From a virus, in the IMG/VR virus record IMGVR_UViG_3300017971_000277, positions 1 to 64,000 of that record: 64,000 nt of DNA, one strand, 5' to 3'. The notes below the pieces were generated by a model, which worked only from the letters and a program-made list of their open reading frames with translations, was not told the DNA's origin and ran no database searches. The position numbers were made by a program, and so were the translations under genes. This document shows, piece after piece, positions 63,036-64,000 of the stretch (the stretch's first letter is position 1; the number at the start of each line of letters is the position of its first letter).

Positions 63036-63404
63036 ATGCCAAAGGTCGCCAAGAAGACTCGTAAGCGTCCAGCGAAGCAAAAGAAGTCGGTTCGTCGCTG
63101 CCATCACCGCAAGCATGAGGTGTTCGAGGGCGAGGACGGCTACTGGGCTCAGTGCAAAACCTGCGGAGCCTACACGTCCGAAGTCGGATCCCCAGAGGAA
63201 GCAGTCGAGAAGCTGAAGCTGCTCTACCGTGCTGCTCCAGCCGCAGGAAGCGGTCGAGGCAAGAACCTTCCGCCTGGTCAGAAGATCTCGGGCTACGTCC
63301 TCTGCGACATCCACCGCGAGAAGCTGCGGCTCTACAAGGAGCGCAACGAACTCGACGGCTTCTCGGCTGCTCTGCGGCACATCCTCGAGCAGCTTGAAGT
63401 CTGA
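63036..63404 (+). CDS. zinc-ribbon protein, Lar (restriction alleviation)-like N-terminus
   Basis: YWAQCKTCGA...SPEEAVE pattern. Confidence 0.5.
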   Translation: MPKVAKKTRKRPAKQKKSVRRCHHRKHEVFEGEDGYWAQCKTCGAYTSEVGSPEEAVEKLKLLYRAAPAAGSGRGKNLPPGQKISGYVLCDIHREKLRLYKERNELDGFSAALRHILEQLEV

Positions 63405-64000
63405 GCGTCCTCTTCAACGAGGACTGCTTCGCTCTCCTAGCCGACTTCGTTGCCGCTGGCGTTCTCTTCGACCTCATCCTCACGGATCCCCCCTACAACA
63501 TCTCCCGCCCCAACAACTTCAAGACGATGGGGCGGGAGGGTTTCGATTGGGGGTGGGATCACACCTTCGATAACCCCAGGCTGATTGAGCTTTGCGCGAA
63601 GCTCCTTCGGCCTGGCGGGTCGTTGCTCTACTGGACCGACTGGAAGCTACTCGGAACGCTTACATCGGTCGCTGTAGCTTGCGGGCTCGAGGAGAAGGAT
63701 CCGCTGGTCCTCGAGAAGCCATCGCCGCAGCCGCGGAACATCAAGCGACGCTACGTCAGCGACAAGGAGTTTGGCTTCTGGTGCGTGAAGCCGAAAGCCA
63801 AGTGGACGTTCACGCCTGCGGAGAAGGGCTACCGTCGCACGCTCTTCCGCTACGACACGCCGCGGGGCAAGAGGCGGGTCCACCCGACTCAGAAGCCGCT
63901 CCAGCTCTTCACCGATCTCATTGCAATTCACTCCAACCCTGGTGATCTTGTTCTTGACCCCTGCATGGGATCGGGAACTACCGCTGTTGCCGCGAAGAAT
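63401..64000 (+). CDS. beta-class N4/N6 DNA methyltransferase, truncated by the window end; apparent CTG start
   Basis: Hand translation gives FNEDC...DLILTDPPY...HPTQKP...VLDPCMGSGTT. Confidence 0.88.
   Translation, partial: MSVLFNEDCFALLADFVAAGVLFDLILTDPPYNISRPNNFKTMGREGFDWGWDHTFDNPRLIELCAKLLRPGGSLLYWTDWKLLGTLTSVAVACGLEEKDPLVLEKPSPQPRNIKRRYVSDKEFGFWCVKPKAKWTFTPAEKGYRRTLFRYDTPRGKRRVHPTQKPLQLFTDLIAIHSNPGDLVLDPCMGSGTTAVAAKN

Noticed and set aside
1-64000. Prophage or temperate lifestyle
   Set aside because: No integrase, att site or flanking host genes in the window; lifestyle cannot be settled from this window alone.

Overview
The window is most of the genome of a GC-rich tailed dsDNA phage (Caudoviricetes). 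The tape measure, tail tube and tail assembly chaperone without a sheath suggest a siphovirus-like tail. Almost all genes are on the minus strand. Modules from right to left: anti-restriction/early genes (+ strand, >62.6 kb); dUTPase and SAM methyltransferase; packaging and head (TerS-like, intein-containing TerL, portal, scaffold, major capsid); decoration and neck; a GT4-MTase-GT2 fusion; tail; UvsW-like helicase; a small + strand island with a Dam-type MTase; a replication/recombination block (intein-containing DnaB, two-frame C5 MTase, primase, 5'-3' exonuclease, beta clamp, UDG-PolA, UvsY-like, SSB, GroES, RecA, HU, SbcCD, resolvase); very basic small proteins; an interrupted sulfotransferase; and a non-coding repeat-bearing segment. 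The most striking element is a terminase intein whose HNH homing endonuclease is encoded as a separate gene in a shifted frame inside it. A cytosine MTase split over two overlapping frames from one ribosome-binding site, polyproline tracts in many proteins, and candidate virion-modifying enzymes are also notable. I saw no integrase, tRNA, CRISPR array or recognisable endolysin. All family calls come from reading motifs by eye, not from database searches.
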